Of a stretch of 64,000 nt of DNA, positions 1 through 12,892 are shown one piece after another. A program made the position numbers and the translations under genes. Origin of the DNA: Octopus vulgaris (lineage: Eukaryota). Position 1 is the first letter of the stretch. Each line of letters opens with the position of its first letter. Location: assembly GCA_951406725.2 (NCBI GenBank), contig OX597834.1, positions 22,196,001-22,260,000 on the forward strand, given 5' to 3'. The notes below the pieces were generated by a model that did not search any database, was not told the origin of the DNA, and saw nothing but the letters and a program-made list of their open reading frames with translations.

Positions 1-107
1 TCTTACATGTTTTTTGTATCACATTTACAATTTTGTAACTCCTATTAGCAAATGAAACATGTGTAATGGTGAATAGATAATGCCAAACAATTTCCAATCT
101 CCTGTTT

Positions 108-150
<43 letters not shown>

Positions 151-151
<1 letters not shown>

Positions 152-273
152 GAGTGGTTGGCATTAGGAAGGGCATCCAGCTGTAGAAACAATGCCAAAT
201 CAGACTGGAGTCTGGTGCAGCCCCTTAGCTTACCAACCCATGCCAGCATGGACAACAGACATTAAATGATGAT
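151..273 (+). mobile_element. SINE-like family B, 3' part with (GAT)n tail
   Basis: GAGTGGTTGGCATTAGGAAGGGCATCCAGCTGTAGAAAC...AACCCATGCCAGCATGGA...TAAATGATGAT, shared with copies at 16408, 16671, 43989, 56629 and 63029. Confidence 0.75.
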
Positions 274-684
274 ACACACAGATATACACACACACATATA
301 TATATAGATTCAAAAATCTTAATTCTGTATATAAGAAATCAATGCTATTTATTTATAAAAAAATCTTTGTTTTTTTTTTTTGTTTTCATATTTTTTTTTA
401 CGTTTATTTTTGAAGTTTATAAAGAAATAAAAAGAAAATTAAAATTACAACAACAACAACAATACAAAATGTGAATATGATATTCTCTGATATCCGCACT
501 AACAATGAAATAATGGTGAGCGTGTTTATAAATGAGAGCATATAATTATTTGTTTCCTCAAAGACCATTCTAGAACAATATTCCAAATCAATATTAATCG
601 AAATATCAGGAATTCTAAGCTATGGTTTTGCTACTTGCTATATATAGTTTATTTTAGTTGTTGTTTTTGATATTTATATATATA

Positions 685-920
685 TTTGTTTCAGTCATTA
701 GATTGTGGTCATGCTGGAGCAATACCACGAAGGGTTTTGTTGAACAAATCAATCCTATTTATTTATTTATTAAGCCTGGTATTTATTCTTTCAGTGTCTT
801 TTGCTGGGCTGCTAAGTTATGGGGTTGTAAATGAACCAACATGGTTGGGATATGGGAGGAGGATGTAAACAACACAAAGACAACATATACATATATAATA
901 TAAATAATATATATATTATG

Positions 921-951
<31 letters not shown>

Positions 952-955
952 GATG

Positions 956-996
<41 letters not shown>

Positions 997-1093
997 TACA
1001 CATATATATATATATAATGATATATATATGTGTATATGTATATGCATATATAGGTACAGGACGTCACCAACTATGTAATTAACATGAAGTATG

Positions 1094-1127
<34 letters not shown>

Positions 1128-1278
1128 TGATATCTATGCACACACACATGACAGGCTTCTTTCAGTTTCCATTTGACAAATCCACTCACAAGGCTTTGGT
1201 CAGCCCGAGACTAGAGTAGAAGACACTTGCCCAAGGTGTCATACAGTGGGACTGAACCTAGGACCATGCCCACACCTA
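685..1278 (-). mobile_element. tRNA-derived SINE family A, degraded, with expanded internal (TA)n
   Basis: Matches the intact copies at 28961 and 32087 (TTTCAGTCATT..CATGCTGGAGC; GGCTTCTTTCAGTTTCC..GACACTTGCCCAAGG..GGGACTGAACC). Confidence 0.75.
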
Positions 1279-1288
1279 TGAAAATGCT

Positions 1289-1343
1289 TTCCCATGCCAG
1301 GAATTGAACCCAGGCCCACTTTGGTGAAAAGCCAACAATCCTA
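1289..1343 (-). pseudogene. 5'-truncated tRNA-Glu(TTC)-like pseudogene fragment
   Basis: Minus strand reads TAGGATTGTTGGCTTTTCACCAAAGTGGGCCTGGGTTCAATTCCTGGCATGGGAA. This resembles the 3' two-thirds of metazoan tRNA-Glu(TTC) (TAGGATT..GG.TTTCACC..GGGTTCGA.TCCCGG..TGGGAA). The 5' acceptor strand and most of the D arm are missing. Confidence 0.6.
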
Positions 1344-1446
1344 TGAATTTCAGTCTACTTTTTTTCCCATTTGACATTTTACTGTAACTAACCAATTTGT
1401 GATTTCCATTTGTGAGTCTTTCACAATGTTTGCTTTAAACCTTTTC

Positions 1447-2145
1447 CTGTCCAAAGCGTTTTCATAAATTCGTCCCAAACGTCCATACTTGTTTGCAGAC
1501 TATTATTTATTCTTCGTTTCATTCGTTCTAAGCAATATTAAGCTTTCCCATTTTTATAAATCCCAAGTTACTTTGGCAGTTGACAAAAGTAAGGAATGTA
1601 CATCATATATGATGCATGAATGCCAGGAAAATATGTCCTGTGGGTCGCATATAAAATATAAATTAACATGAAATTAACATAAATTAACATGAAATTTTGA
1701 TGGTAGTTTTTAATTTAGTTCACTTTTAAAAGAGGTAGTTTATATCATGGATCCAGGAGTGTTTTCAGGGTTAAGAAACTTGCAAGTCAGCAGGCAGGGA
1801 ACCAGAGGTTTGGTTCAAATGTTTGCCATTCTATAGAAAGCAAAGAAGGATCCACTTAACAATCTCTTACTTAACCCTTTTGATATCATATTTCTGTTGA
1901 AATACATTGCTTTTATTTCGATCAATTTTGAAAATAATGAAGAACAAGCCTTTGTCTAAAGCATTTTCATAAGTCTATCCTAAATGTCTGTTTTCAAACA
2001 TTTAGTTAGTCCTTCTTTCTTTGTTATGCTCTGAGTAATACAAAATTTTCCCTTCGTAACTCTGAAATTATTCTGGTTGGAGAAAAAATAAAATAGAAAT
2101 GTCTATTTTACATGATATATAGATGCCAGGAAAACATGTCTTGTG
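1447..2145. repeat. Two diverged ~200-bp direct copies (~1447-1645 and ~1953-2145) of an old repeat
   Basis: TGTCCAAAGCGTTTTCATAA..ATGCCAGGAAAATATGTC versus TGTCTAAAGCATTTTCATAA..ATGCCAGGAAAACATGTC, with collinear similarity between. Confidence 0.55.
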
Positions 2146-2480
2146 TATACCGTATGATACACAGGGCAGGCAAGGAATTAAATTGAAAAAATATGTATTC
2201 ATTGGTAAATTTTAAAGCAAATGAAAGCTTAAGGAGAAAATTTTCTATAAAAAATTCTAGAAAAAATATCTAAAAAATAAAAATTAAAAAAAAGTAAAAT
2301 AGTTGGTAGGAACTAATTAATTACATGGGGTATTTATTAAATTTATTTATTCAATGTTGAATATTTTATTCTTTTAATAATCTCCAGTTTTTTTAATATT
2401 TCTAATTTTTTTTCTTAATCTGTAGATGAGATTTTAAAGAACCGAGATATCTTTATAGAAAAGAAAATAAGCAATTCCAC

Positions 2481-2514
<34 letters not shown>

Positions 2515-2711
2515 TAATTTTTTTTTTTTTCCTGAATGTAATTATTATAGTAGATAAGTTTTCATTATAATCACTAATGACCACTAAATATTAAAAAGTT
2601 TAATTAATATTATAGGAAAAAACTTGAAATGAATTAAAGGAATTAACTGCCAAATTCTTTGTATCAAATAAAGAACTGTTGTACCTTTGTGCTTGTTGAG
2701 AGAGAACATCA

Positions 2712-2944
2712 TTGACCATTTAGCATTTAAAATGGCCATATCTGGTCCAAATATTCTATTTGTTTTATGTTTAAACTGACCAGCTCTGGCCTCTCACACC
2801 TACCTTACAATGTCATTCTAAAGATATACACTCACGTCATTGAAATTTGAAAGCTGCAAGATAATATAGGATTAATTCAAAACAAGGTGGATAAATAAGG
2901 ATTAAATTTGACTTGTCAGAGTAATTTGAAAGCTAAAAGGTTAA
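2712..2944. mobile_element. TTAA-flanked piggyBac-like MITE (family E)
   Basis: Ends TTGA-CCATTTAGC ... GCTAAAAGG-TTAA; the body is collinear with 40482-40702. Confidence 0.55.
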
Positions 2945-3127
2945 AGGGTTTGCTTTTTTGTTTTGTCATTTGACCAAAACTTAGAATTATATTTGGACAA
3001 CTCATAGCTCTGGTATTATCGGTTCTTTTTGTAGCATTAGTCATTGTGCCATGGCCATGCTGGGGCCTCTAAGAATTTTGCCCAGCTTGCTAATGATTCT
3101 GCTAGTTTGCCACCTTGAATGAATTCT

Positions 3128-3375
3128 AGTTTCAAACTTTGGCACAAGGCCAACAAGTTCAGCGGAGGCAGTAAGTTGGTCACACCAAAGCCAGTGCTTA
3201 ACTGTAACTTCTTTTATTGGCCCCCAATACTCAACTGGTACTTGATTTATCAACCCTGAAAGAATAAGGCAAACTTAAACTTGGGTGGAATTTGAACTCA
3301 GGGCGTGAAGATGGACAAAATGCTACTAAGCATTTTGACGGTGTGCTAATGACGGTGTGCTTTGCCAGCTCACCT
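3128..3375 (-). mobile_element. SINE-like family D, degraded
   Basis: Reverse complement of the family D core (GAGCTGGCA..AAAATGCTTAG..CTGAGTTCAAATTCC..AAGTACCAGTTGAGTA). Confidence 0.65.
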
Positions 3376-3895
3376 CCTTGACCAGAACAAGTAATGCCAC
3401 AGCATTTTGAGACCAATGCTCTACTGGTTCTGCTGAATCACTGCTTAGTTGGTTATCATATAAATATAAACTTGCTTGAGAAACTCCAGGTCAGTTAACG
3501 ATGTTGGAATAACAGAAGCCATTGTAATTGTTGAGGAAAAGAGGGATAAAATTCATATCTTGAGAACCAGGAAGGGCTATAGAAAGAAGCAGGGTTAGGT
3601 GAGGGGTTTCAAGTTGAGCTTATTGGCTAAAATCTTTTGTTTTAAAATAATCAGAAAGGCTTCGATATTAAAAGAAGCACAATAGAATGTGTATTATATT
3701 GGTCTTGGATTACTTAACATTTCTTTATTTGAACTCTTCAAGTGCAGGCTGAGATGGAAGTACTTAAAGATTATAAAGGTTTCCTTTAGGCAGGTTTTGG
3801 GTAAGAAATAATGAAAAAAAAAAAGAGAGAGAGAGAAGGGGAAAAGAAGGAGCTTGGTAAATAAATATATGTTTACAAGAATATACATGTATATA

Positions 3896-3932
<37 letters not shown>

Positions 3933-4355
3933 CATCCAAGCAAATTAACCGTTCCTAATACAGAGGAACTGAGGAATGGTACAGTGTGGAACAATGATGG
4001 ATAAAGGTTTATCTATGCTTGGGGCAGTGGCGACCATTTCTATGGTGGGGTTTTTGTCTCCTGAAATAGGATTCTGTAGCTTGAAGTCCTTAAAGTGCAT
4101 GTGTTGAGTGGTGGTGGTGGGGTAAGTTAGCGAAACCAAAACAATATCCCAAGCAACTTAAGAATTTTTCCAACGATTTTGTTTGTTGTTTGTGGGGGTT
4201 TTTTTATTGTTTTTTTTTTCTTTTTTTCTTTTTTTTTTCATTCTGAGTAGTGAAAGATATCTTATTTCTCACTCTTTTCAAAATAAACAGTTTGAAATAT
4301 CTATGACATCCTTACCCCACCCACCCTCGATAGCTGGATGGAAAGACAGAAAAAG

Positions 4356-4389
<34 letters not shown>

Positions 4390-4517
4390 ACGATAAAGAG
4401 AAAGAAAGTCTGATAGATGGATAGATAGACTGATAGGTAAAGACATACATACATAGACGGAACGATTTCAATAAATTTCTAACACATTAACAATGTTTTG
4501 TTTTTTTATATTGTAAT

Positions 4518-5535
4518 GTAGTATAGAATAAATCTATAGATTTTAGCCAACATTTCACATGTGACTTAAACATCCTTACTCTAGGATCTCTTTGGCAGCT
4601 GAGTATCCTACTTAGGTTTTGTTTTTGTTTTTTGGTGTGGGGATAAAGTAGGATAAAATAAATCTATAGATTTTAACCAACATGGCACATGTAAATTAAA
4701 CATCCTTACTCTGGGATCTCATTGGCAACTGAGTACCCTGCTCAGGTTATTTTTTCTCTTTTGGTGTGGGCATAAAGTAGGATAGAATAAATCTATAGAT
4801 TTTAACCAACATGGCACATGTAAATTAAGCATCCTTAGTCTGGGATCTCATTGGCAACTGAGTACCCTGCTCAGGTTATTATTTTTTTTTTTGGTGGGGG
4901 CATAAAGTAGGATAGAATAAATCTATAGATTTTAACCAACATGGCACATGTAAATTAAACATCCTTACTCTGGGATCTCATTGGCAACTGAGTACCCTGC
5001 TCAGGTTTTTTTTTTTTTTTTGGTGGGGGCATAAAGTAGGATAGAATAAATCTATAGATTTTAACCAACATGGCACATGTAAATTAAACATCCTTACTCT
5101 GGGATCTCATTGGCAACTGAGTACCCTGCTCAGGTTATTATTTTTTTTTTTTGGTGGGGGCATAAAGTAGGATAGAATAAATCTATAGATTTTAACCAAC
5201 ATGGCACTTGTAAATTAAACATCCTTACTCTGGGATCTCATTGGCAACTGAGTACCCTGCTCAGGTTTTTTTTTCTTTTTGGTGGGGGCATAAAGTAGGA
5301 TAGAATAAATCTATAGATTTTAACCAACATGGCACATGTAAATTAAACATCCTTACTCTAGGATCTCATTGGCAACTGAGTACCCTGCTCAGGTTTTTTT
5401 TTCTTTTGGTGGGGGCATAAAGTCAGATAGAATAAATCTATACATTTTAGCTAACATTGTCCTTGTGAATTAAACATCCTTACACTGGGATACCATTGGC
5501 AATCAAGTTTCCTGCGTAATGTTTTTTTCTTTGTT
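4518..5535. repeat. Tandem array, 8 copies of a ~129-bp unit
   Basis: The palindrome AAATCTATAGATTT starts at 4530, 4660, 4789, 4919, 5048, 5179, 5307 and 5434 (last copy mismatched); periods 127-131 bp. Confidence 0.97.
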
Positions 5536-6499
5536 TGGCTTTCAGCCAAAGGGTTGTGGTCATGCTGGGGCATAGCCTTCAAAGAGTTTTAATCAATCAC
5601 ACCAACCATTTTTTTTCGGTCTGGTATTTATAAAATATAGATCTTTATTAGTCAAACCTCTAATTGGTTAAATCTGCTTGAGCTGAACCCATACCTGTTG
5701 TATATTTGAATAAATCTTTCTTGGACTCACAAATAACCTACCTAAGTCTGTCCTGCTGTTCTTTGCAAAGATCTATTGATTCTGTACTTGCTTTAGGGAA
5801 GGGGTCCTTCCATGGGTCCCTTGAACAAAGCAGTTATGGGTACAGATATGCCTCTATTTCTAGTCATCCTTTGTTCTTCAAGTATGGGTGAAGCCTTTCA
5901 ATAAATCCACATCCTGCTAGAAATATCAGCCAAATTGTATTTTACTATGTTAAGAAAAGAAGGATACAATGGATAATGTAGTCATGAATGGTGTACATAA
6001 TGCTCCAAAAGTTAAGAAAATGGCAACAGGGTGGTCATGGATATATTGTCTTTAATATCTCTCCAACAGCTAAAATCAGCATCACAGCTATCACCATCCA
6101 AAAGACGATTCTCATTTTACAATTTTACTCATTTTTCTCCCCCTATATGTTATGGCCATGCTACAGCACCAACATTAATGATCTCCTTTCTTTCTTTCTT
6201 TCTTTCTTACACCGAACCATTTAATACTGCCATATGATATCATCATCCCCACCGCCGCCAATCCATCTCGCTTCGACACTCCTCTTTTCTCTCATTCTCT
6301 CTTTCTCTCTCTCTCTCTCTCTTCCTCCTCCCCACTCTACTATACGTCATACTTGATTGAAGAAACAAGACATATTCCACTGGTTGATAATATCCATTTA
6401 TCCAATAATCCATTTGATAGGAATATATTATGGTTCTACAGGAACAAATGAACATTAACTCCTCACTAGCATGCTATATCCAGTTTCTGGAGCTTTATC

Positions 6500-7316
6500 T
6501 CCCTGTCTACTTGTCTGCCTGTCTGTGTCAGTCGGTCTATCTATCTTTATGTCTTCCTATCTATCTATCAATTCATCTATGTTTTTGTCTATCTATTGTA
6601 TCTATCTTATCTATCTATCATTTTCTCTAAATATCTATCTATCTCTATATATGTATGTCATGCTATCTGTTGATCTATCTATCTATCCATCCATCCATTC
6701 ATCTCTCTGTCTGTCTATCTTCCTATCCATTGGTCCATCTATCTGTCTGTTTGATTATATGTTTGTCCAGCCATTTGTCCAGCCATTCACATATCCCCCT
6801 ACATCCATTTTTCTATTTATATAACAATCGATCCATGCAAGTTTGTATCGTTCATCCTTCTAGCCATCCATCCATCTGTCCATCCTTTTTGTCCAGCTAA
6901 GCATTCATTCATTCACACATACACACACACATACACACACACACACATATGGCTTTCCCTCCAAATTTCCATTTATCCATATATATCTATCTGCCTGTTT
7001 GCCTGTCTATCTGTTTTTCTATCTTTCTATCTACCTATCTATCCATCCATCTGTCCATCTTCCTATCCATTGATTATGTGTGTATCTATTTATCTATCTT
7101 TCCATTCATCTACTTATCTATCCAACCATCCTTCTATCCATTCATTTATCTATCATTCGATCCGTCTGTCTATTTATGACTATCACTCTATCCATCCATC
7201 CATCCAATAACTAATCTGACTCTATTTAAGTAGGACTATCCAGCCAACCAGCCCTCTTTCTACCTATCTATCTATCTATCCATCCATCCATTTATCTATC
7301 TATCTGTCTATCTATC

Positions 7317-7349
<33 letters not shown>

Positions 7350-7560
7350 CCATCTATTCATCTGTCTATCTATCTATCTATTTATCCATCTATCTGTCTA
7401 TCTATCCATCTGTCTATCCATTTATTTATCCATCTATTTATCCATCTATCTACCTATATATGCATATATATATATATATATATATGTCTGTCTGTCTATC
7501 TGCCTGCCTATCTTTTTATCTATCCCTACATCGCATCATCCTTCCATTCATCCATCCATC
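6500..7560. repeat. Degenerate (TATC)/(CATC)n microsatellite field
   Basis: Direct inspection. Confidence 0.9.
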
Positions 7561-7899
7561 CATCTTTCAGTATCCACTACTTTTACCAATCTTCTTGAAG
7601 GGCAACTCAACAACTCGCACAAGCTATACGCTACTACCAACACACTCAGATACCAACGTCTTTACTAAAAGTACTAACACCAGCACTATACACTCCTCCT
7701 CCTCTCCCTCTTGGATATTGGCAAACACTTTTCCCTCCCAATGACATCATCAACGTTATCAATGCATACATACAGATGCGTCTGTGTGTGTGTGTATGGG
7801 GGGAGGGAATTTAGTCTTCCAATTGTTGCTAGTTTCTAGTTGGGTATAAACCACAAAGTTCTTATTTTCATACAATTCTAATGACTTGTGTTGTTCTAC

Positions 7900-8025
7900 G
7901 TTGTGTGTGTGTGTGTGTGTGTGACATATAGATAGATGTATATGTGTGTAAGTATATATGTACATGTTTGTGTATGTGTATGTATATATATATATATATA
8001 TCTGTATATATATAAAATGTGTATA

Positions 8026-8073
<48 letters not shown>

Positions 8074-8098
8074 TATATGTATGTATATATATATATAT

Positions 8099-8150
<52 letters not shown>

Positions 8151-8402
8151 ATATATATCTGTATATATATATGTATATATATAAAATGTGTATATGTACA
8201 TATATATATATATATATATTAAATATATATCACATATATACATATATATATATATATATAATATACATTTGCGTGAAAATATGCATGTGCATATATACAT
8301 ATTTATGTGTACACACAAATACATATAAACACATACAAAAAGTAAAAGACTCTTTTGCATTGATATTTTAACTGCTGATATTTATATATGTCAACAATGA
8401 TG

Positions 8403-8434
<32 letters not shown>

Positions 8435-8565
8435 TGCATACATATGCATTTACACACACATAGACACACAACTAGAGCAGGATCCATAACTAGGTCTCTA
8501 ACAATATAAATATCAAATAGAATATATTATTATATTTATTATTATTGTTGTTATTATTATAATTA

Positions 8566-8615
<50 letters not shown>
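7900..8615. repeat. Compound (TA)/(TG)/(CA)/(ATT)n microsatellite field
   Basis: Direct inspection; internal duplication of TATAAAATGTGTATATGTACAT near 8010 and 8180. Confidence 0.9.
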
Positions 8616-8814
8616 TCTTGCTTTATCAATAATTTCTCATATCAAGTGACTATATGTGATAAGTATTAAATATTATCCCTCTTTTTATTTTTTATTTTTC
8701 CTTTTTTCTTTTTTTTTTTTTTGAAAATATTCTGTTGAGGTGGGGGGAGCTCTTTCTGTGTTTTGCACACACACACACACACACACACACACAACACGTG
8801 TGTGTGTGTGTATG

Positions 8815-8861
<47 letters not shown>

Positions 8862-9562
8862 TTGCTGATCATCACAATCATCATCGTTATGAGCATACTC
8901 TTATGGCCATCATCATCCACTGTCATTGTCACGCTTTCATTATCATCCTCATCGTCATCATAAACTTTGCCTTCATCACCACCATTATTAATATCATCAT
9001 CACCATCAGCACATCCATCATCATTAACGTCATCACTACAATCACCATCACCATCACCACCCCTACCACCGTGATTGTTATCTTCATGTTCTCCAAGAGT
9101 TTTTTGGGGTTTTTTTGTTATTTTTGTTTCTGCTCATTTTCAGATTTAATTCCTCCATCTAAAACAACACCAACCAATGACAAAAATAACTAATTTCTTT
9201 CATCTTATTAAATTATGTTAATTAGGACACTCTAATCAATGGAATATAATGAAAAAGTTTGCTTTGTTTTGTTAGTTTGTTTTGGGTTTTTTAAGTTGTT
9301 TTGGAGAATGGGGCTGGCATAGAAGGGGGGAGCAATGTCTATTATTTGTATTAGTGTGTTTAGTGATTGTTATTAATAAACAGTGGTGGGGGGCAGTGAT
9401 AGTGGATGTGGTGAGGGTGGGGATGATGGTGGTGGTGATGACAGCAGTGACTGGTGGTGGTGGTGGTGGCTGGGAAGAACCCCAATATGATCTCAGTTTC
9501 CAAACAAGCCAGTTCCACTTCCCAACTTCAAATATCACTCAGAACCGGTTTTTCCTTATACA

Positions 9563-9700
9563 ACAAAGGCTTCTCTCAGTTTCCATCAATCATATCCAGT
9601 CACTGAAGCTATTATAGAAGACAGCTGGCCAAAGTGCCACACATTGGCATTGAACCCACAACCACATGAATGCAAATCAGCCTTCTTAACCACACACTCA
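9563..9700 (-). mobile_element. SINE family A 5' half, highly degraded
   Basis: GGCTTCTCTCAGTTTCCATC..TAGAAGACA..ATTGAACCC..CTTAACCACAC. Confidence 0.5.
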
Positions 9701-9814
9701 TTTGTTTCCTTTTCTTCTGATAAAGGATAAATGTCCAAAATGTTAAGTTCCTTTTCCTTTGTTTTTAAGTGTTAAGCTAATAAGATATTTTTTTCACACT
9801 TGTTCCTCCTGATT

Positions 9815-10315
9815 TGCCCTGGAGGAGGTAGTGCTGCCCTAGGTCAAGAGGGTGGCTGCTGGAAGACCCTATGTCTGGTAACAGGACTCCGCACCATTGC
9901 TACACAAGCAAGGGTACCCAGTCGTGGTTGTCAGACAATTTCTGCGACCACATCACCCCTAACATGTGGCCACCTAACTCCTCAGACTGCGAACCTCTTG
10001 ATTATTATCTGTGGGGCGCAGTTGAGCAAGAGACCCAACAAAATTCCTTGTAATACCAAAGATGAATTGAAAGCAAGGATTATGGCAGCATTCACCAACT
10101 TAAACAAGGGGACCGTCCAGAAAAGTTGCAGGAGATTCCGAAGTCGTCTGGAAGCTCTGGTTGAAAAGCCAATGACGATTTTATTGAAAAAAATTTACTC
10201 TTTAGTATTTCAAGATATTTCTATGTAATTATGGTAAATATATCTGTTAGAATGAGATGTCAGTGTTATTTTCATTTTCGCATAATTTAGACGACAGTTT
10301 ATGCACTGCCCCCTG
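9815..10315 (+). mobile_element. Tc1/mariner superfamily DD37D (maT-type) transposase C-terminal relic with right terminus
   Basis: After correcting frameshifts: LEEVVLP*VKRVAAGRPYVW*QDSAP-CYTSKGTQSWLSDNFCDHITPNMWPPNSSDCEPLDYYLWGAVEQET-NKIPCNTKDELKARIMAAFTNLNKGTVQKSCRRFRSRLEALVE. There are 37 residues between the D of QDSAP and the D of PLDY. The element ends ...GCACTGCCCCCTG followed by TA (10316-10317). Confidence 0.88.
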
Positions 10316-10829
10316 TAAGTGTATGTACTTATATACATATATATATACATATATATATATATATTTCATTTAGACATAGTGATACTAATAACCTGCTTTC
10401 AGAACTCAATATACATATACTCCAGAATAAAGTGTTAGTCAAATACAGACCATTTTATACATATATATATATATATATATATATGTACTTAATATTTATG
10501 TGTATGTGTGTATATATATTTATAGATATAGATATAAATACATGTATAGTATGTATATGTGGCATATTTATAAATAATTTAAAGTCATAAAGGAGTCATG
10601 AATCTGCTAGTAGGAATTGAACCGTGAATCATCTCTCTTTCTCTCTTTCTTTCTTTCTCTTCATCTGTCTTGCTCTTTCAGTCTTTCTCTGTCTACATGC
10701 TTATATATATATGCATAAGAGTGTGTGTACACATGTATATATGTAATTGCATTGTTTATTCCTTTAAACTCGTTAAGTAGTTGACATTTATGCAAAGAAG
10801 CAGAAAAAAACGCATCGTTAATAATAATG

Positions 10830-10860
<31 letters not shown>

Positions 10861-11069
10861 CAACAATGGCACTCACTGCTGCATCAAGCAACAATGACTT
10901 CATCAATGAATTGAAACAACAACTAGAACAGTAGCAACAACAACAATTTTGTCACTGCACCCCCCCCACACACACACACACACACCCCAATCCTCCCCCC
11001 ACCATCCTTCTCTTCTCAAACAAAAACAGAATTAAACAACTGAATCACATTGTTTGTTCACTGAGCTGG

Positions 11070-11345
11070 AATAATAATAATGATAATGATGATGATGGTG
11101 ATGATGTTAATAATAATAATGATGATGATGGTGATGATGTTAATAATAATAATGATGATGATGGTGATTATGTTAATAATAATAATGATGATGATGATGT
11201 TAATAATAATAATGATGATGATGATGTTAATAATAATAATGATGATGATGGTGATGATAATAATTAATATTAATAATGATGATGATGATGATAATTAATA
11301 ATGATGATAATAATAATAATATTAATAGTGGAGATGATGATGATG
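11070..11345. repeat. (ATG)/(ATA)n trinucleotide array with ~27-33-bp higher-order unit
   Basis: Recurrent GATGATGTTAATAATAATAATGATGATG. Confidence 0.85.
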
Positions 11346-11931
11346 ATGGTGTCCTTGTCATCATCACTATCTGCATCTTCAACACTCATTGACACCAACG
11401 TCATCATTATCATCATCATCACTACCAATATTATTCTGATCATCATCATAGTGATGAACACCATCACCACCAGCATTATCGGTGTCCCCGGGCCTCCTCC
11501 TCCACCACTGTTGTTGTCATCACCATTTTTATCATTACTTTTATCATCATCATCATCTTCATTGCTGTCATTGTCATCACCCTCACTTCTCTCCACTTCT
11601 TGTTGTCATCACCAGCTTAACCACCACCACCACCACCACCACTACTTTCATCATCATAATTATCATCACCACCTCATCCAATACAGACCCTCTGACTACA
11701 TCCTCCTCTGTAGTAGTAGTGGTGGTGGTGGTAATGACACTACTGCAAGACAGTAGTGTTCCTGTTCTTTTTATTATTTTATTTTATTCACCCGCAACTG
11801 ATACTCTGTTTAATTGCTCCAGCTTGGTCCACTTGGCTCTAAGTCAATCCAACAGCAGAGTTTTTCTTGTCAGATAAAATAATATATGTATGTATGAGTG
11901 TGTGTGTGTATATATATTTATATGTATGTGT

Positions 11932-11977
<46 letters not shown>

Positions 11978-12720
11978 GTACATACATATATATATACAGA
12001 TGTGTGTGTAAATATATACACACACACACATTGCTTGGTTACCTCTGTTTTCACAGAGCATAAGACTCTTAATCTCAGGGTTATGGGTTATTTTGTGCCT
12101 CACATTCATCTTACTGCTTTTTTTTTTGAAGAAGAAAATAAAAGGGGGTGCTCCAGCATGGCCACAGTCAACAACAAGAGGCAGTTTCTTTTTTAAATTG
12201 CCAGATTCTATCAAGTGGACTTATTACAATCAAACTCAAATATTTTTGTTTTGTTTCCATCCATGACCATCCCATTATGTTTGTAAATGAAGAACTATAT
12301 GTGTTGTCCTGTGTTTTATATTCTTTATTTAAAGTTGGTAAGATGTCAATTTCTTTCTTCATTTTTTTTTCTTTTTTTTTTTGAGGTGATCAGTGAGGAG
12401 ATTTAGCTGTTATTTCTAGCTGGCTGATTTGGCCCCAGCAGCTGTCTTGTTGAATGAATGAATGAATGAATGAATGGTTTTGTTTATTTTTGGTGGGGAG
12501 GTGTCAGTTTCACTTTCAGTTTTTATGTTCTCTCTCCCCCACGCCCCTCTTATATCACACACACACAAACATCTCTGTATATGCAATCATATATACCTAT
12601 ATTCATACACACACACACATATATACACATGCATATAAACACACATAAACATGCACACACACACATGCATACATACATATATGCACTCATATACACACAT
12701 AGATTCATACACAATCAAAT

Positions 12721-12754
<34 letters not shown>

Positions 12755-12851
12755 TGTATATGTATGTACATTTCATTATGGATTGCTTACAGATATAATC
12801 ACTCTTTCTCCCGCCCTCTCTCTCCCTCCCTCGCTTCCTCTCTCTCTCTTC

Positions 12852-12892
<41 letters not shown>

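Noticed and set aside
4518-5535. Possible CRISPR-like array
   Set aside because: Units are whole-length duplicates without unique spacers, in a eukaryotic context with no cas genes.
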